A DNA stretch of 64,000 nt from Candidatus Limnocylindrales bacterium (GCA_050014975.1 JBEKCH010000007.1:3785-67784); one strand, 5' to 3'; counted from the first letter of the stretch, positions 53,853-63,408 are shown. Made by a program: numbers and translations. The notes: generated by a model from the letters alone, not told the origin.

Positions 53853-54378
53853 GCCGGCCCCGCCCGACGACGGCGATGGTGCCGTCGTCGGCCATCGAGG
53901 CCTCTGTCGAGACGTGTTTGCATGCCAGCGACGATATCAGGTGCGCTGCCGAAAGGCGGCCGCCGGCGTCGCCACCCACACCGGGAACCTGGCCGCCGAT
54001 GCCGCAGACCACTACCCCTGGTCGTCGACGATCAGCGAGGTGAAACTCCGCGACGGCAGCCGGGGATCAGGTCCAGCCGGAGCGCCAGCGTCAGGTCGAC
54101 AACGTGCGCAGCCTGGCATCCTCGTTCAGGCTCATGGCGAAGCAGCCGCTGCCACAATGCGAGGCGGCCGGGCGGGTACTGGCCACCTCAGACCCGGCCG
54201 CAGGCCATTCTGGCCACCCAATCCTGATGGCAACCTGAATCCCGGCGCATTCGAGGAATTCCCCTGACCCTCGAGCCGCGGTTATTCTCGCCACCCCTGA
54301 GGGCGGCCGCCCCTCGGCGATTCGTCCGCCCCGGTCAACGCGACTGCGCGTTGCTGCTGGGAGCGAATCGACGGTTCG

Positions 54379-55368
54379 TCAGGACGTCGCAGACCGCGTG
54401 GCGGCGGCGACGGCGACCGCGAGCTGCCCGGCGACCCGGGCGTTGTTGACGATCAGGGCGACGTTCGCCCGGACCGAGCCGCCCCCGGTGATCTCGGCGA
54501 CGCGGGCCAGCAGCCAGGGAGTGAGGGCCGGTCCCTCGATCCCCGCCGCCGCGGCGTCGGCGATCGCCTGCTCCACGGCCGCGCGCGCGTCCGCGAGAGG
54601 GTAGGCGTCCGCTTCCGGGACCGGGACGCAGAGGAGCAGGCCCGATCCGAGCCCGAGGCCGAGGTGGGTCGCGACCAGCCTTGCGGCAGCCGCCACGTCT
54701 GCGACCGACGCGGGCGCGCGGATGCCGCTCCCTCGCGACCAGAAACCGGGGATCTCATCGGTGCCGATGGTCACGACCGGGACGCCGCGCGTCTCGAGGT
54801 ACTCGAGGGTGGCCGGCACATCGAGGATCGCCTTCGGCCCGGCGCAGACGACCGCGACAGGCGTCCGGGCAAGCTCCTCGAGGTCGGACGAGATGTCGAG
54901 GGTCGGCGGGGCGGATCCGCCGGGCGCTCCGAGCGCGCCGCGGTGGACGCCGCCGATGCCACCGGTGGCGAAGACACCGATCCCCGCCGCGGCGGCGGAG
55001 ATCATCGTCCCGGAGACCGTCGTCGCCGCCCACCCGCCGCCGGCGAGCGCGATGGAGAGGCTCGGTCGGGCCGCCTTCATCACGCCTTCGGTCGTGGCCA
55101 GCGCCACGAGCTGTCTCTCGTCGAGCCCGACGAGGATCCGTCCGCCCTCGATCGCGATTGTCGCCGGTACGGCGCCGCTCTCGCGCACGGCGAGCTCGGA
55201 CGCGCGGGCCACCTCGACGTTCTGCGGGTACGGCAGACCGTGGCTGATGAGTGTCGACTCGAGGGCGACGACGGGGCGACCTGCCGCGATGGCGTCGGCG
55301 ATCTCGGGAGCGATCGCTAGCCGGCCGCGGAGACCGGCCGGAACCGACTGTTCGAATCCTGTCTGCAT
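54379..55368 (-). CDS. psuG: pseudouridine-5'-phosphate glycosidase
   Basis: Has PVVALESTLISHGLPYPQN, PATIAI and VFATGGIGGVHRGA. The internal ATG at 55368 (MQTGFEQ) was chosen. Confidence 0.88.
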   Translation of the reverse strand: MQTGFEQSVPAGLRGRLAIAPEIADAIAAGRPVVALESTLISHGLPYPQNVEVARASELAVRESGAVPATIAIEGGRILVGLDERQLVALATTEGVMKAARPSLSIALAGGGWAATTVSGTMISAAAAGIGVFATGGIGGVHRGALGAPGGSAPPTLDISSDLEELARTPVAVVCAGPKAILDVPATLEYLETRGVPVVTIGTDEIPGFWSRGSGIRAPASVADVAAAARLVATHLGLGLGSGLLLCVPVPEADAYPLADARAAVEQAIADAAAAGIEGPALTPWLLARVAEITGGGSVRANVALIVNNARVAGQLAVAVAAATRSATS

Positions 55369-55423
55369 GACGCGATGGTACAGGCCCGGCGCCGGCTCGG
55401 GCCACCACCGCCAGCCGCAGCCG

Positions 55424-56353
55424 TCAGCCGAAGGCGAGCTCCTCGCGGGGCCGACGCAGGTGCCGGATCGCCAGGCGGTGACCTGCGAGGACGCCGCGCC
55501 GGAGGCCGGCGGCGGTCGAGACACCGTCCCGCCGGGCGGCCAGCCAGCCGAGGATGAAGCCGGCATCGAAGGCGTCCCCCGCACCGGTCGTATCGGACGC
55601 GGCGACAGCCTTCGTCGCGACCTCGAATGTATGCACCGCGGGCCCCTCGCGATAGAGGAGCAGGGCCCCCTTGGGGCCGCGCTTGAGGACGACGATCGGG
55701 GCGAGGTCGAGCAGCTCCTCGTCGCCAGAGCCGAGCGCGCCCGCCTCGGAGCCGGCCGCGAACAGGAGGTCCGGTTGCGCGCCTCGGACCACCTCGACCG
55801 CTGCGCGCCGCCCGAGTGCCAGGAGCGGTTCGGTCGACGATAGGTCGACGGTAACGAGCGCTCCGGCGGAGTGGGCCAGGTCGGCCGCCCGCTTCCCGGC
55901 ATCGCCGAGCGGATGATCGAGGAGCGAGTAGGTCGGGATGTGGACCAGCTCGGCGGACGCGAACCACTCCTCGCGCAGGTGCTCCGGGGCCAGGCGGAGG
56001 GCCGCGCCACGATCCTGCACGAAGGAGCGCTCGCCGCCCGGTGCCACGAACACGCCGACCCGGCCCGTCCGTTGGCCGGCGATGTGGACGACACGCGGCC
56101 TGACGCCGTCACCGCGGATCGTCCTGACCAGCGCGCGGCCCGCGGCGTCGCGCCCGACCGCGGCGATGAGGGTGACCCGCGCTCCGCCTCGACCCAGGCA
56201 GCGGGCCGTGGTGGTCGCCGAGCCGCCCTGGCGGAGCATCACGCGGCCGGGGACGTCGGTGCCGGGCGAGAGCTCCCTGGTGGGCGCGAGGACGACATCG
56301 ACGACCAGGTCGCCGATCACGACTACGCGGGGACGATGCTTTCGCTCCGGCAT
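55424..56353 (-). CDS. psuK: PfkB-family carbohydrate kinase, probable pseudouridine kinase
   Basis: Has VVVIGDLVVDV and the C-terminal DTTGAGDAF PfkB motif. It lies adjacent to psuG. The start was taken at MPERKH (56353). Confidence 0.6.
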   Translation of the reverse strand: MPERKHRPRVVVIGDLVVDVVLAPTRELSPGTDVPGRVMLRQGGSATTTARCLGRGGARVTLIAAVGRDAAGRALVRTIRGDGVRPRVVHIAGQRTGRVGVFVAPGGERSFVQDRGAALRLAPEHLREEWFASAELVHIPTYSLLDHPLGDAGKRAADLAHSAGALVTVDLSSTEPLLALGRRAAVEVVRGAQPDLLFAAGSEAGALGSGDEELLDLAPIVVLKRGPKGALLLYREGPAVHTFEVATKAVAASDTTGAGDAFDAGFILGWLAARRDGVSTAAGLRRGVLAGHRLAIRHLRRPREELAFG

Positions 56354-56464
56354 TCGTTGCTCCTCCGTCAAGCGGCCGCTGGCGAGCTCCCTCGCTCTGT
56401 CGCCCGAAACGGCACTCGCGCGATGATAGCCGCGCAGGATGCGCCGGGCGCGTGACCGGGGGAG

Positions 56465-56540
56465 TGGAGCGGGAGACGGGATTCGAACCCGCGACATTCT
56501 GCTTGGGAAGCAGACACTCTGCCAGCTGAGTTACTCCCGC
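56465..56540 (-). tRNA. tRNA-Gly (anticodon CCC), CCA encoded
   Basis: The minus-strand 76-mer is GCGGGAGTAACTCAGCTGGCAGAGTGTCTGCTTCCCAAGCAGAATGTCGCGGGTTCGAATCCCGTCTCCCGCTCCA. It folds as a cloverleaf with a 7-bp acceptor stem, anticodon loop TTCCCAA and T-loop TTCGAAT. Confidence 0.9.
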
Positions 56541-56573
56541 TCGGAGCAGAGAGAGTTATAGCAGATCGCGCGG
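56502..56573. repeat. direct repeat copy A: tRNA-Gly positions 1-39 plus about 33 nt of upstream flank
   Basis: cttgggaagcagacactctgccagctgagttactcccgctcg is identical to 59407-59448. The flank ...gagttatagcagatcg.gcgg is similar but diverged. Confidence 0.85.
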
Positions 56574-56624
56574 AAGTCGAGCGCGCGGGCCAGCCGGCTT
56601 GGCCAGCTGGGCTTCCCCGTCAGC

Positions 56625-56954
56625 TCAGGCCCGCTCGAACGCCATCGCAACGGAGCCACCTCCGCCGAGGCAGAGCGTGGCCATCGCATAGCGGCCAGCG
56701 CTACGGCGCAGCTCGTATAACAAAGTGGCGACGATGCGGGCGCCGCTCGCGCCGATTGGGTGGCCGAGCGCGATCGCGCCGCCGTTCACGTTAACCTTGC
56801 CGAAGTCGACACCGAGCGCTCGGCCGTCGGCGAGGACTTGGGCCGCGAAGGCCTCGTTGATCTCGATCAAGTCGAACGAATGGAGCGGGATCCCGGTCCT
56901 CGCGACGAGATTCTTCACGCCGGTCACGGGAGACATGCGGACCCAGCTCGACAC
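56625..56954 (-). pseudogene. C-terminal fragment of a thiolase (acetyl-CoA acetyltransferase) gene
   Basis: DLIEINEAFAAQVLA...VNVNGGAIALGHPIGASGARI...ATLCLGGGGSVAMAFE is the last roughly 100 aa of a roughly 390-aa thiolase. Nothing corresponding to the N-terminal three quarters is present. Confidence 0.75.
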
Positions 56955-57513
56955 AGCGCTCCGTGCGCTCGGGGAGCTCCTGGTGGCCCGGGGCCTCCAC
57001 TATGAGGTCGTCCTCATCGGGGGCGGCAACCTCATCCTGCGCGGCCTGGTCACGCGACCGACCACCAAGGATCTCGACCTGCTCGGCGCGTGGACGGCCA
57101 CCGGGGTCGAGCCGATGCGGCCGATGCCCGAACGGCTTCGCACAGCGGTTCTTGATGTCGCGCGCGCCTACGGACTCGCGAACGACTGGATCAACCTCGG
57201 CCCCGAGTCGCTGCTCGATCTTGGCCTCCCGGCCGGCTTCCTTGGGCGCCTCGAACGACGCGACTACGGCGGGCTCGTCACCTGGCTGGCGGGCCGCTTC
57301 GACATGATCTGCTTCAAGCTCTACGCCGCCGTCGACCAGGGACCGCGGAGCCGGCATCTGCAGGATCTGGAGGAACTCGGTCCGGATCGGGACGAGCTCC
57401 TGACCGCCGCCCGCTGGAGCCTCACCCACGACCCGTCGCCCGGGTACCGATCGGTGCTCGTCGAAACGCTCCGCCGCCTCGGAGTGGAGGATGCCGATGG
57501 CCGGCTCGACTAG
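56935..57513 (+). CDS. nucleotidyltransferase-fold protein (DUF6036/AbiEii-like, tentative)
   Basis: The ATG at 56935 gives MRTQLDTALRALGELL. EVVLIGGGNLILRG...TKDLDLLG is the minimal NTase G-G...DxD pattern. Confidence 0.4.
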   Translation: MRTQLDTALRALGELLVARGLHYEVVLIGGGNLILRGLVTRPTTKDLDLLGAWTATGVEPMRPMPERLRTAVLDVARAYGLANDWINLGPESLLDLGLPAGFLGRLERRDYGGLVTWLAGRFDMICFKLYAAVDQGPRSRHLQDLEELGPDRDELLTAARWSLTHDPSPGYRSVLVETLRRLGVEDADGRLD

Positions 57514-58390
57514 CTCGCTCCAGAGCGCATTGCTCAGCCGAGCGTGGACCCAGTGGATCGCGCTCGGCGTCGACGCCGTCGGTGAACGTGACGATGCCGT
57601 GGTCGACCCTGAGGCGCTCATCGCGCTCACGGCGGAACTGGGTGACGCCGACGCCCGCCTGCGCGATGTGAGCACCGACTGGTGCGTCGCCTACGGCCGG
57701 TACGTCAACGGATCGCGCCTCAAGCAGGTGGCCCACGAGCTCAGGACGCCGCCCGAGGCGATCGGTGAGTACGTGGCCACGGTCGCCGCTGCCACCGGCC
57801 CCACCTGGCCGATGGCGACCCAGCCGCGCTCGGACTACGTCACGCGTGGCAAGGCTCGGCTCGACTCGGCTTTGGCGCCGCCGCTGCTACGGATCCGCCT
57901 GCGCGCGGCTTTCGGGGTGAATGCCCGGGCCGACATCCTCGCAGCCCTGTTGGCGGCACCCGCGCTCGGCCTCAGCGTCGCCGACCTCGCCCGGACGACG
58001 CGCTTCACGAAGCCCAGTGTGGCGTTTGCCGTGGATGCGCTGGTGCTGGCGGGGTTGCTTGAGACGCGGATGGTTGGCAACGAACGACGCCTTGCCCTGG
58101 CCCGCGCCGACGAGATCCTCCCGGGACTCCGACCATCCATCGCCCAGCCAGACTGGGTCACCCGATTCGGCGTGGCGCTGGAAGTGCTTCGTTTCGCCAG
58201 GCAGGAAGGGATGTCACCGTCGGTGCGGGCGATCGAGGCACGTCGAGTCGTCGAAGGCTTGCGGACGAGGATCCTGAGCGAGGGGCTCCCTCAGCCGAAC
58301 GCCGCCGCATTCGGCGACCAATTCTCGGGCGCCTTCGACCGATGGGTCGTCCAACTCGTGGACAGCCTGAGGAGCCCGAGTCGAGCGTAG
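57497..58390 (+). CDS. hypothetical protein with a central winged-helix-like segment
   Basis: ILAALLAAPALGLSVADLARTTRFTKPSVAFAVDALVLAGLLE resembles a MarR/ArsR-type wHTH. GGAGG lies 6 nt upstream of the ATG at 57497, with an alternative ATG at 57491. It overlaps the 3' end of the upstream gene. Confidence 0.4.
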   Translation: MAGSTSSLQSALLSRAWTQWIALGVDAVGERDDAVVDPEALIALTAELGDADARLRDVSTDWCVAYGRYVNGSRLKQVAHELRTPPEAIGEYVATVAAATGPTWPMATQPRSDYVTRGKARLDSALAPPLLRIRLRAAFGVNARADILAALLAAPALGLSVADLARTTRFTKPSVAFAVDALVLAGLLETRMVGNERRLALARADEILPGLRPSIAQPDWVTRFGVALEVLRFARQEGMSPSVRAIEARRVVEGLRTRILSEGLPQPNAAAFGDQFSGAFDRWVVQLVDSLRSPSRA

Positions 58391-58484
58391 GGCGGATCGG
58401 CACGGACCGTCCCGCCGGCCTCGCTCATGCCAACCAGCACGATCAGGCGCGGCTTGTCGGAGCGTTTGGTATCATTCCGATTGG

Positions 58485-58513
58485 TTGACGGTTCTCTGAA
58501 GCAAGAGTATCGT
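58485..58513 (+). promoter_or_regulatory. sigma-70-like promoter upstream of vapBC
   Basis: TTGACG (58485-58490), a 17-nt spacer and TATCGT (58508-58513). GGAAGGA lies 5-6 nt before the ATG at 58560. Confidence 0.45.
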
Positions 58514-58559
58514 TCGCACTGCTCTCGAACGGCGAGACTATGACTTAGGAAGGACAGCC

Positions 58560-58802
58560 ATGTCCGAAACTGTAAGCGCGGAAGCACGGCTCCGCGCGCG
58601 GAACCAGCTCACAATCCCGGACCCGATCGTGCGGGCCGCGGGGATCGAGCCCGGGGAGAAGTTCGTTGTTGAACTCGAACCAGACGATCAAGACACTGTT
58701 CTGCTTCGGCGTGTTCGGAACAGCTACGCCGGTTCTCTGCCAGGTCTTTGGGGACCGGATACCAAGACCTACCTCGAGGGCGAACGCGCGTCCTGGGGCT
58801 AA
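58560..58802 (+). CDS. vapB: AbrB/SpoVT/MazE-fold antitoxin
   Basis: Has the RNQLTIPDPIVRAAGIEPGEKFVVE swapped-hairpin motif. 80 aa, directly upstream of a PIN gene. Confidence 0.7.
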   Translation: MSETVSAEARLRARNQLTIPDPIVRAAGIEPGEKFVVELEPDDQDTVLLRRVRNSYAGSLPGLWGPDTKTYLEGERASWG

Positions 58803-58805
58803 GCC

Positions 58806-59279
58806 ATGAGCAGGTCCTCCCTTGAGGCCGCGATTCCTCGTGGCGCTCAGATCCTGCTGGATACTTCCGTCGTCCTGGCGTATTTCGACGGTCGTGAGGC
58901 GATCAGTCCGGCGGCAACGCTGGTCATCGACGAATTCGTCAACAGCGGCCGTAACCCCGGGAGGATCAGCGCCGTGACTGTTGGCGAAACCCTGGTCCGT
59001 CCTATGAAAGCCGGTCAGGCGGCCGTGAACGTGGTCGAGTCGTTCCTGCTCCATTTCCCGAACCTGTCCGTGACGGTGGTGGATTACGGAGTCGCCCGCG
59101 AGGCGGCGCGCCTTCGTGCGGCGACCGGGCTCAAGACCCCCGACTCCCTGATCATCGCCTCGGCACTCGACGGTATCACCTCGGTCGTGGTAACAAATGA
59201 CGAGCGGTGGGCCGGCGCCATGGCGAAGGCCGCGCCGGGCCTGACTCTCTGCCATCTAGACGCCCACGTTCCACTCTAG
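58806..59279 (+). CDS. vapC: PIN-domain ribonuclease toxin
   Basis: Has ILLDTSVVLAY (first acidic residue), ...TPDSLIIASAL... and ...VVTNDERW, typical of PIN proteins. 157 aa. Confidence 0.7.
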   Translation: MSRSSLEAAIPRGAQILLDTSVVLAYFDGREAISPAATLVIDEFVNSGRNPGRISAVTVGETLVRPMKAGQAAVNVVESFLLHFPNLSVTVVDYGVAREAARLRAATGLKTPDSLIIASALDGITSVVVTNDERWAGAMAKAAPGLTLCHLDAHVPL

Positions 59280-59406
59280 GGGCGTCGGGGTCGGAGACCC
59301 AGATTCGTCGGGCGCCAGCCCCTCCAAGGGCCACGAGCGACAGCGTATAACTGGGTCGAAATGGAGCGGTCGCCACGAGGGGAGCGATGGCTCCGGGAGG
59401 CTCAGA

Positions 59407-59480
59407 CTTGGGAAGCAGACACTCTGCCAGCTGAGTTACTCCCGCTCGCGGAGCAGGGGTAGTTATAGCAGATCGAGCGG
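59407..59480. repeat. direct repeat copy B: orphan 5' half of tRNA-Gly plus upstream flank
   Basis: Matches tRNA positions 1-39 exactly, and identity stops at the 3' edge of the anticodon loop. The flank tcgcggagcaggggtagttatagcagatcgagcgg parallels 56541-56573, including a TATAAC (minus strand) -10-like hexamer. No 3' half is present. Confidence 0.85.
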
Positions 59481-59938
59481 TTCAACCTATCGACTTACCG
59501 ACCCGAGGAGTCCTCCCAGTCGGGGGCCGCCTATGCAGCTCACAACGGGACGGCTTCCAACCCAGTCTGGTCGGGCAATCTCGTTCGTCATCGGCTCAAC
59601 CGCGGTCGGCTCAATGTCGCCGGTTCGCTGTCACGCAGATCCGTTGTCCGGGACCCGGACAGGCGTACGTTGCCAAACGCCAAGCCGCCGCCGACACGAC
59701 GACCGAGGCCATCCGAGCGCTGCGTCGACCCCTCAGCGACGAGTTGTTCCGTCGTCTCCAGACCGATGAGGCTGCTCGAGCCCGCATCGGAGACGCTGCC
59801 CGAGCCGCTGCTTGACACAGGGGCAACACGTCGTTCGGCGGTCGTTCGCTTTGAGCGAGTCAGAGCTTTTGTCAAGTGGAGATAAACGGGCCGTTGACCG
59901 CGGCTAGACTGCGGCCAGCGCTGTAGCATGGAGGAGCC

Positions 59939-62053
59939 ATGGAGACCGGAAGTCTGATTGGACGAGTCGGGACGCGGATCGATGCCGACGACCTGTCGGC
60001 GGAGTTGGTCGCTGCCTCAGCGAAGCTCATGGCGCTCATCGAGCCAGCGGCATACGTGGGCGAGGTCTATTCCATCGGGTACGACGAGGCGTTAGTCCAG
60101 ATCCACGATTTCAACCGTCAGCAGGTCGGGGGAATTCCAGCTCTTTCATTCCTGGTCGCCACTCGTGTCGACCCGGCCCTAACGTCCGATGTCAGAACGG
60201 AGGATGCGTCCGTCCTGCTCCTTCGTGTCTTGGACAAAGCCGACTTGCCCAACGCCCAGGAAGCGCTCAGGGTACGTGTTGAGACCGCCCAGCGAGTCAG
60301 TGGGGAAACTAACAAGCGTTGGGATGATCGTGAGGTCATGGATCCCACCACCCATCACTTGCTCAGCTTCGCTGGTGTCAAGTGTCGGGTCCTTGGAACG
60401 TTCTATGTGGCGGAGGTGGAAGGTCAGCCGTCCTCGGCTTACGCCCTTCACTTCGGATCTGACATCAGCAACTACTACCCGAACCGTGGGCTGAAGGTCT
60501 TCAAGCCGCGCGGAGATGCATTATCGGAAATCGTTAACTTTCGAGACCCATCCCGTCCCGACGCTGTATCCAAGCATCTTGTGCGGATTGGTGGAGTTCG
60601 CTACGCGTCGACGAATCGGGCGTTCCAGAGAGTCAGCGACGTGCAGGTCGCCATCACACCAACGGATCTCTTGGGCCAAAAGACTGCGCTGTTCGGGATG
60701 ACCCGGACCGGCAAGTCCAACACCACGAAGATCATTCTGACCTCCGTTTTCGCCCTGCGGTGGTCCGCGGATCCGGTGCGGGTGGGTCAGATCGTTTTCG
60801 ACCCTAATGGTGAGTATGCGAATGAGAACCCACAGGATCTAGACAACAAGAGGAACCCGAACGCCATCAAGAATGTGTGGGCAGTTGGGCCGCTCGCTGA
60901 TCACGCCCAGCTTGCCGAAGACGTCATTACCTACGGCATTACACGTCACCCTAACGACCCGAATCGACGCCTGATGCTCCTCAACTTCTTCCTGGATGAG
61001 AACCTGGAGATCGGCAAGCAGATCGTCGATGCGGCTCTCTCCGGCGACAGCAGCAAGTACCTTGCGAACTTCCGGGACGTCAGGCTAGAGCCGCCTGACC
61101 CGGCGGACATATCCGCAATGACACGACACAAGAGACGGGTTCTGGCGTACCGATCCCTTCTCTTCCAAGCGGGTCTGGTTCCCCCTGCCAGCCTCTCACC
61201 CATGACGAAAGGCCTCTTCAACCAGGGGCTGATCAACGCCCTGCTCGCATCTCCCGGATACGCGGTCGCGGGGACGATGCTGGGCAAGCCCAACCCGACT
61301 TGGTCTGAGATCGCCACGTCAATGAAGATTCTTCGCGAGTTCATAGACGATCCGAACTCAGGGTTCGTCCAGTTCAATCAAACTTACGTTGGCTCCAGTT
61401 CATCGGGATCATGGGCTGACGACGACCTCCGGAAGATTCTCGGCATGTTTCAGTACGCCAATGGCTCGAGACTCGTGGGCCGGGTGCGACCGCAACACAC
61501 AAACTCGACGACCATAGACTTCGCCGAGGAGATCTACGACGAGCTGGAGCGCGGCAAGCTCGTGATCATCGACCAGTCCGGGGGTGATCCTGAGCTGAAC
61601 AAGGGTTCGGCGGACCGCGTTATCAAGCGCGTGTTTGAGCGTAGCCAAGAGCGGTTCCGTAACGCTGAGGAGCCACCAGATATCCTCGTCTATGTGGAGG
61701 AGGCACATAACATCCTTCCATCATCGAAGGAGCTTGACCTCCAAGACATATGGGTGCGCACCGCGAAGGAAGGGGCCAAATACCGCATTGGGTTGGTTTA
61801 CGCGACCCAGGAGGTGAGCTCGATTCAGCGTAACATCCTGCGGAACACGGCGAATTGGTTCATCGGACATCTGAACAATACCGACGAGACTCGAGAACTC
61901 AATAAGTTCTACGATTTTGCGGACTTCGAAGGGAGCATTCTCCGGGCCCAAGATAGAGGATTTGTTCGAATGAAGACGCTTTCGAACCCGTTCGTGGTCC
62001 CGGTCCAGGTCGAGCGTTTCTCCATCGAGTCCCCGCCCTCGCTGGATGACTGA
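59939..62053 (+). CDS. herA: HerA/FtsK-class hexameric ATPase (DUF87-type)
   Basis: Has an N-terminal HAS-barrel-like segment ([19 protein letters not shown]...[10 protein letters not shown]), Walker [15 protein letters not shown] and Walker [14 protein letters not shown]. The block [21 protein letters not shown]...NWFIGHLNN is typical of HerA. GGAGGAG lies upstream of the ATG. Confidence 0.8.
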   Translation: METGSLIGRVGTRIDADDLSAELVAASAKLMALIEPAAYVGEVYSIGYDEALVQIHDFNRQQVGGIPALSFLVATRVDPALTSDVRTEDASVLLLRVLDKADLPNAQEALRVRVETAQRVSGETNKRWDDREVMDPTTHHLLSFAGVKCRVLGTFYVAEVEGQPSSAYALHFGSDISNYYPNRGLKVFKPRGDALSEIVNFRDPSRPDAVSKHLVRIGGVRYASTNRAFQRVSDVQVAITPTDLLGQKTALFGMTRTGKSNTTKIILTSVFALRWSADPVRVGQIVFDPNGEYANENPQDLDNKRNPNAIKNVWAVGPLADHAQLAEDVITYGITRHPNDPNRRLMLLNFFLDENLEIGKQIVDAALSGDSSKYLANFRDVRLEPPDPADISAMTRHKRRVLAYRSLLFQAGLVPPASLSPMTKGLFNQGLINALLASPGYAVAGTMLGKPNPTWSEIATSMKILREFIDDPNSGFVQFNQTYVGSSSSGSWADDDLRKILGMFQYANGSRLVGRVRPQHTNSTTIDFAEEIYDELERGKLVIIDQSGGDPELNKGSADRVIKRVFERSQERFRNAEEPPDILVYVEEAHNILPSSKELDLQDIWVRTAKEGAKYRIGLVYATQEVSSIQRNILRNTANWFIGHLNNTDETRELNKFYDFADFEGSILRAQDRGFVRMKTLSNPFVVPVQVERFSIESPPSLDD

Positions 62054-63408
62054 TGCCATACGAAGGTGAGTTCGCAAGCTACAGGCCGCTCCGCAGGATT
62101 GTCGAGTCCGAGGGCGTGCAGAAGTTGCTCCGTCTGTCGCGTGTCCGGAAGCGTGAAGACACCCGCGCGTCGGTCACACCTGCGTTGGCCCCACCGCCGG
62201 GCAGACTACCCGGCTTGGTGATCGCGATCGACGGAAGCAATGCGGAGGTCGATGTCCAGACCGGATACCCGGGCGCGAAGATTGGCTACTGCACGGTGGC
62301 CAGCGTCCTGGTCGACTTGGAGTTGCTTGAAACGCTCGACGAGCACCGTCCTGTAGACCCGATCCGATTCCGGACCGTGGAGCAGGCGGCATCGATCGAT
62401 GCAGCCCTGCCCGGCAGTAATGTGGTAACACGCACGCTCGACTCAGCTCGCGAATCCTTCCGGCAGACACTTCACGAAGTACTGAGCGACGCCGTCGTCG
62501 ACGAGCAGGATCGTACGCCACTTCTGACGACATACGAAGAATTGCTGGCGTGGAAGCCGGCAGGTCAATTCGGCGGTCAGGCGTGCCCGTATGAACTTGA
62601 GCTGGGATGCCAGCAACGGCTGAGCGTCCGACCTGGAACAACATCCTGCAGTTGCGCACGCTCCCGGGCGATCTTCTCGACGGACGCTCTTCGCATTCAC
62701 GAGGCCTTCCGGGACCAGGGCACGAATGGAGAAGCGCTCGGTGAAGTAATGCAGGTGTGGGAGCGCCTCTTTTTGGTGCACCTCTTGAGGTGCTTCGAAA
62801 GAAGAGCGTTGCTAGGCCGAATCGATCGGGTCGCATTCGTGTTGGATGGTCCGCTTGCTGTCTTCGGTCATCCCGCCTGGCTGAGCGCGGCGATCAGCTC
62901 TGAGCTGAAGCGAATCAACGTGCAAGTGCGGGAGAAGACCGGACGTGATCTTCTCTTGATCGGGGTCGAGAAGACTGGGACATTTGTTTCGCACTTTGAT
63001 GATCTCGACCAGCGGGACGAGTCCGGCACGACTCTCTTCGACCCGCGAAGTGTCTTCATGCCCGATGACCAGTACATCAAGTCAAACATCGTCTTTAGCA
63101 CAAGTCCAAAGCGCTACGGTCTCGATACCTACTTTGGCCGGAAGGTCTTCTACAAGACCCTGTCCGGTGCGCGGCTCGTCGTCGACATTCCATTCCTGAA
63201 CGACGAGCAGGACAGCCTAGCGAGCAGCGACCTGGAGCCATACTCGGAGATTGGGACGGTCTGCGGGCTCCTCGATAGGCTCGTGTCGTCCAGATATCCG
63301 AACGCTCTGACCTCGCTGGTATCGGCGAATGCTCAAGCTGCGATCCCACTCAATCTCGGCGGTAAGGTATTGGAGCAACTTGCACGAGCCTTGATGCGCC
63401 ATGACTGA
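62053..63408 (+). CDS. nurA: NurA-domain nuclease
   Basis: Has LVIAIDGSNAEVD (catalytic Asp motif), FVLDGPLAVFG and LLLIGVEKTGTFV, matching the NurA IDGS / DGxL / GxxK pattern. The start overlaps the herA stop (TGATG). Confidence 0.7.
   Translation: MPYEGEFASYRPLRRIVESEGVQKLLRLSRVRKREDTRASVTPALAPPPGRLPGLVIAIDGSNAEVDVQTGYPGAKIGYCTVASVLVDLELLETLDEHRPVDPIRFRTVEQAASIDAALPGSNVVTRTLDSARESFRQTLHEVLSDAVVDEQDRTPLLTTYEELLAWKPAGQFGGQACPYELELGCQQRLSVRPGTTSCSCARSRAIFSTDALRIHEAFRDQGTNGEALGEVMQVWERLFLVHLLRCFERRALLGRIDRVAFVLDGPLAVFGHPAWLSAAISSELKRINVQVREKTGRDLLLIGVEKTGTFVSHFDDLDQRDESGTTLFDPRSVFMPDDQYIKSNIVFSTSPKRYGLDTYFGRKVFYKTLSGARLVVDIPFLNDEQDSLASSDLEPYSEIGTVCGLLDRLVSSRYPNALTSLVSANAQAAIPLNLGGKVLEQLARALMRHD

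Noticed and set aside
56541-59406. Calling the repeat-bracketed segment a bona fide integrative mobile element.
   Set aside because: No integrase, transposase, excisionase or replication gene is present within it, and the repeat polarity is opposite to that of known tRNA-integrating elements. It is reported only as an observation.
59435-59815. An open frame ending in a helical-looking ...TEAIRALRRPLSDELFRRLQTDEAARARIGDAARAAA, upstream of herA.
   Set aside because: There is no ATG, GTG or TTG start in frame anywhere after the preceding stop, and no RBS. It may be a gene remnant, but it cannot be supported as a CDS.
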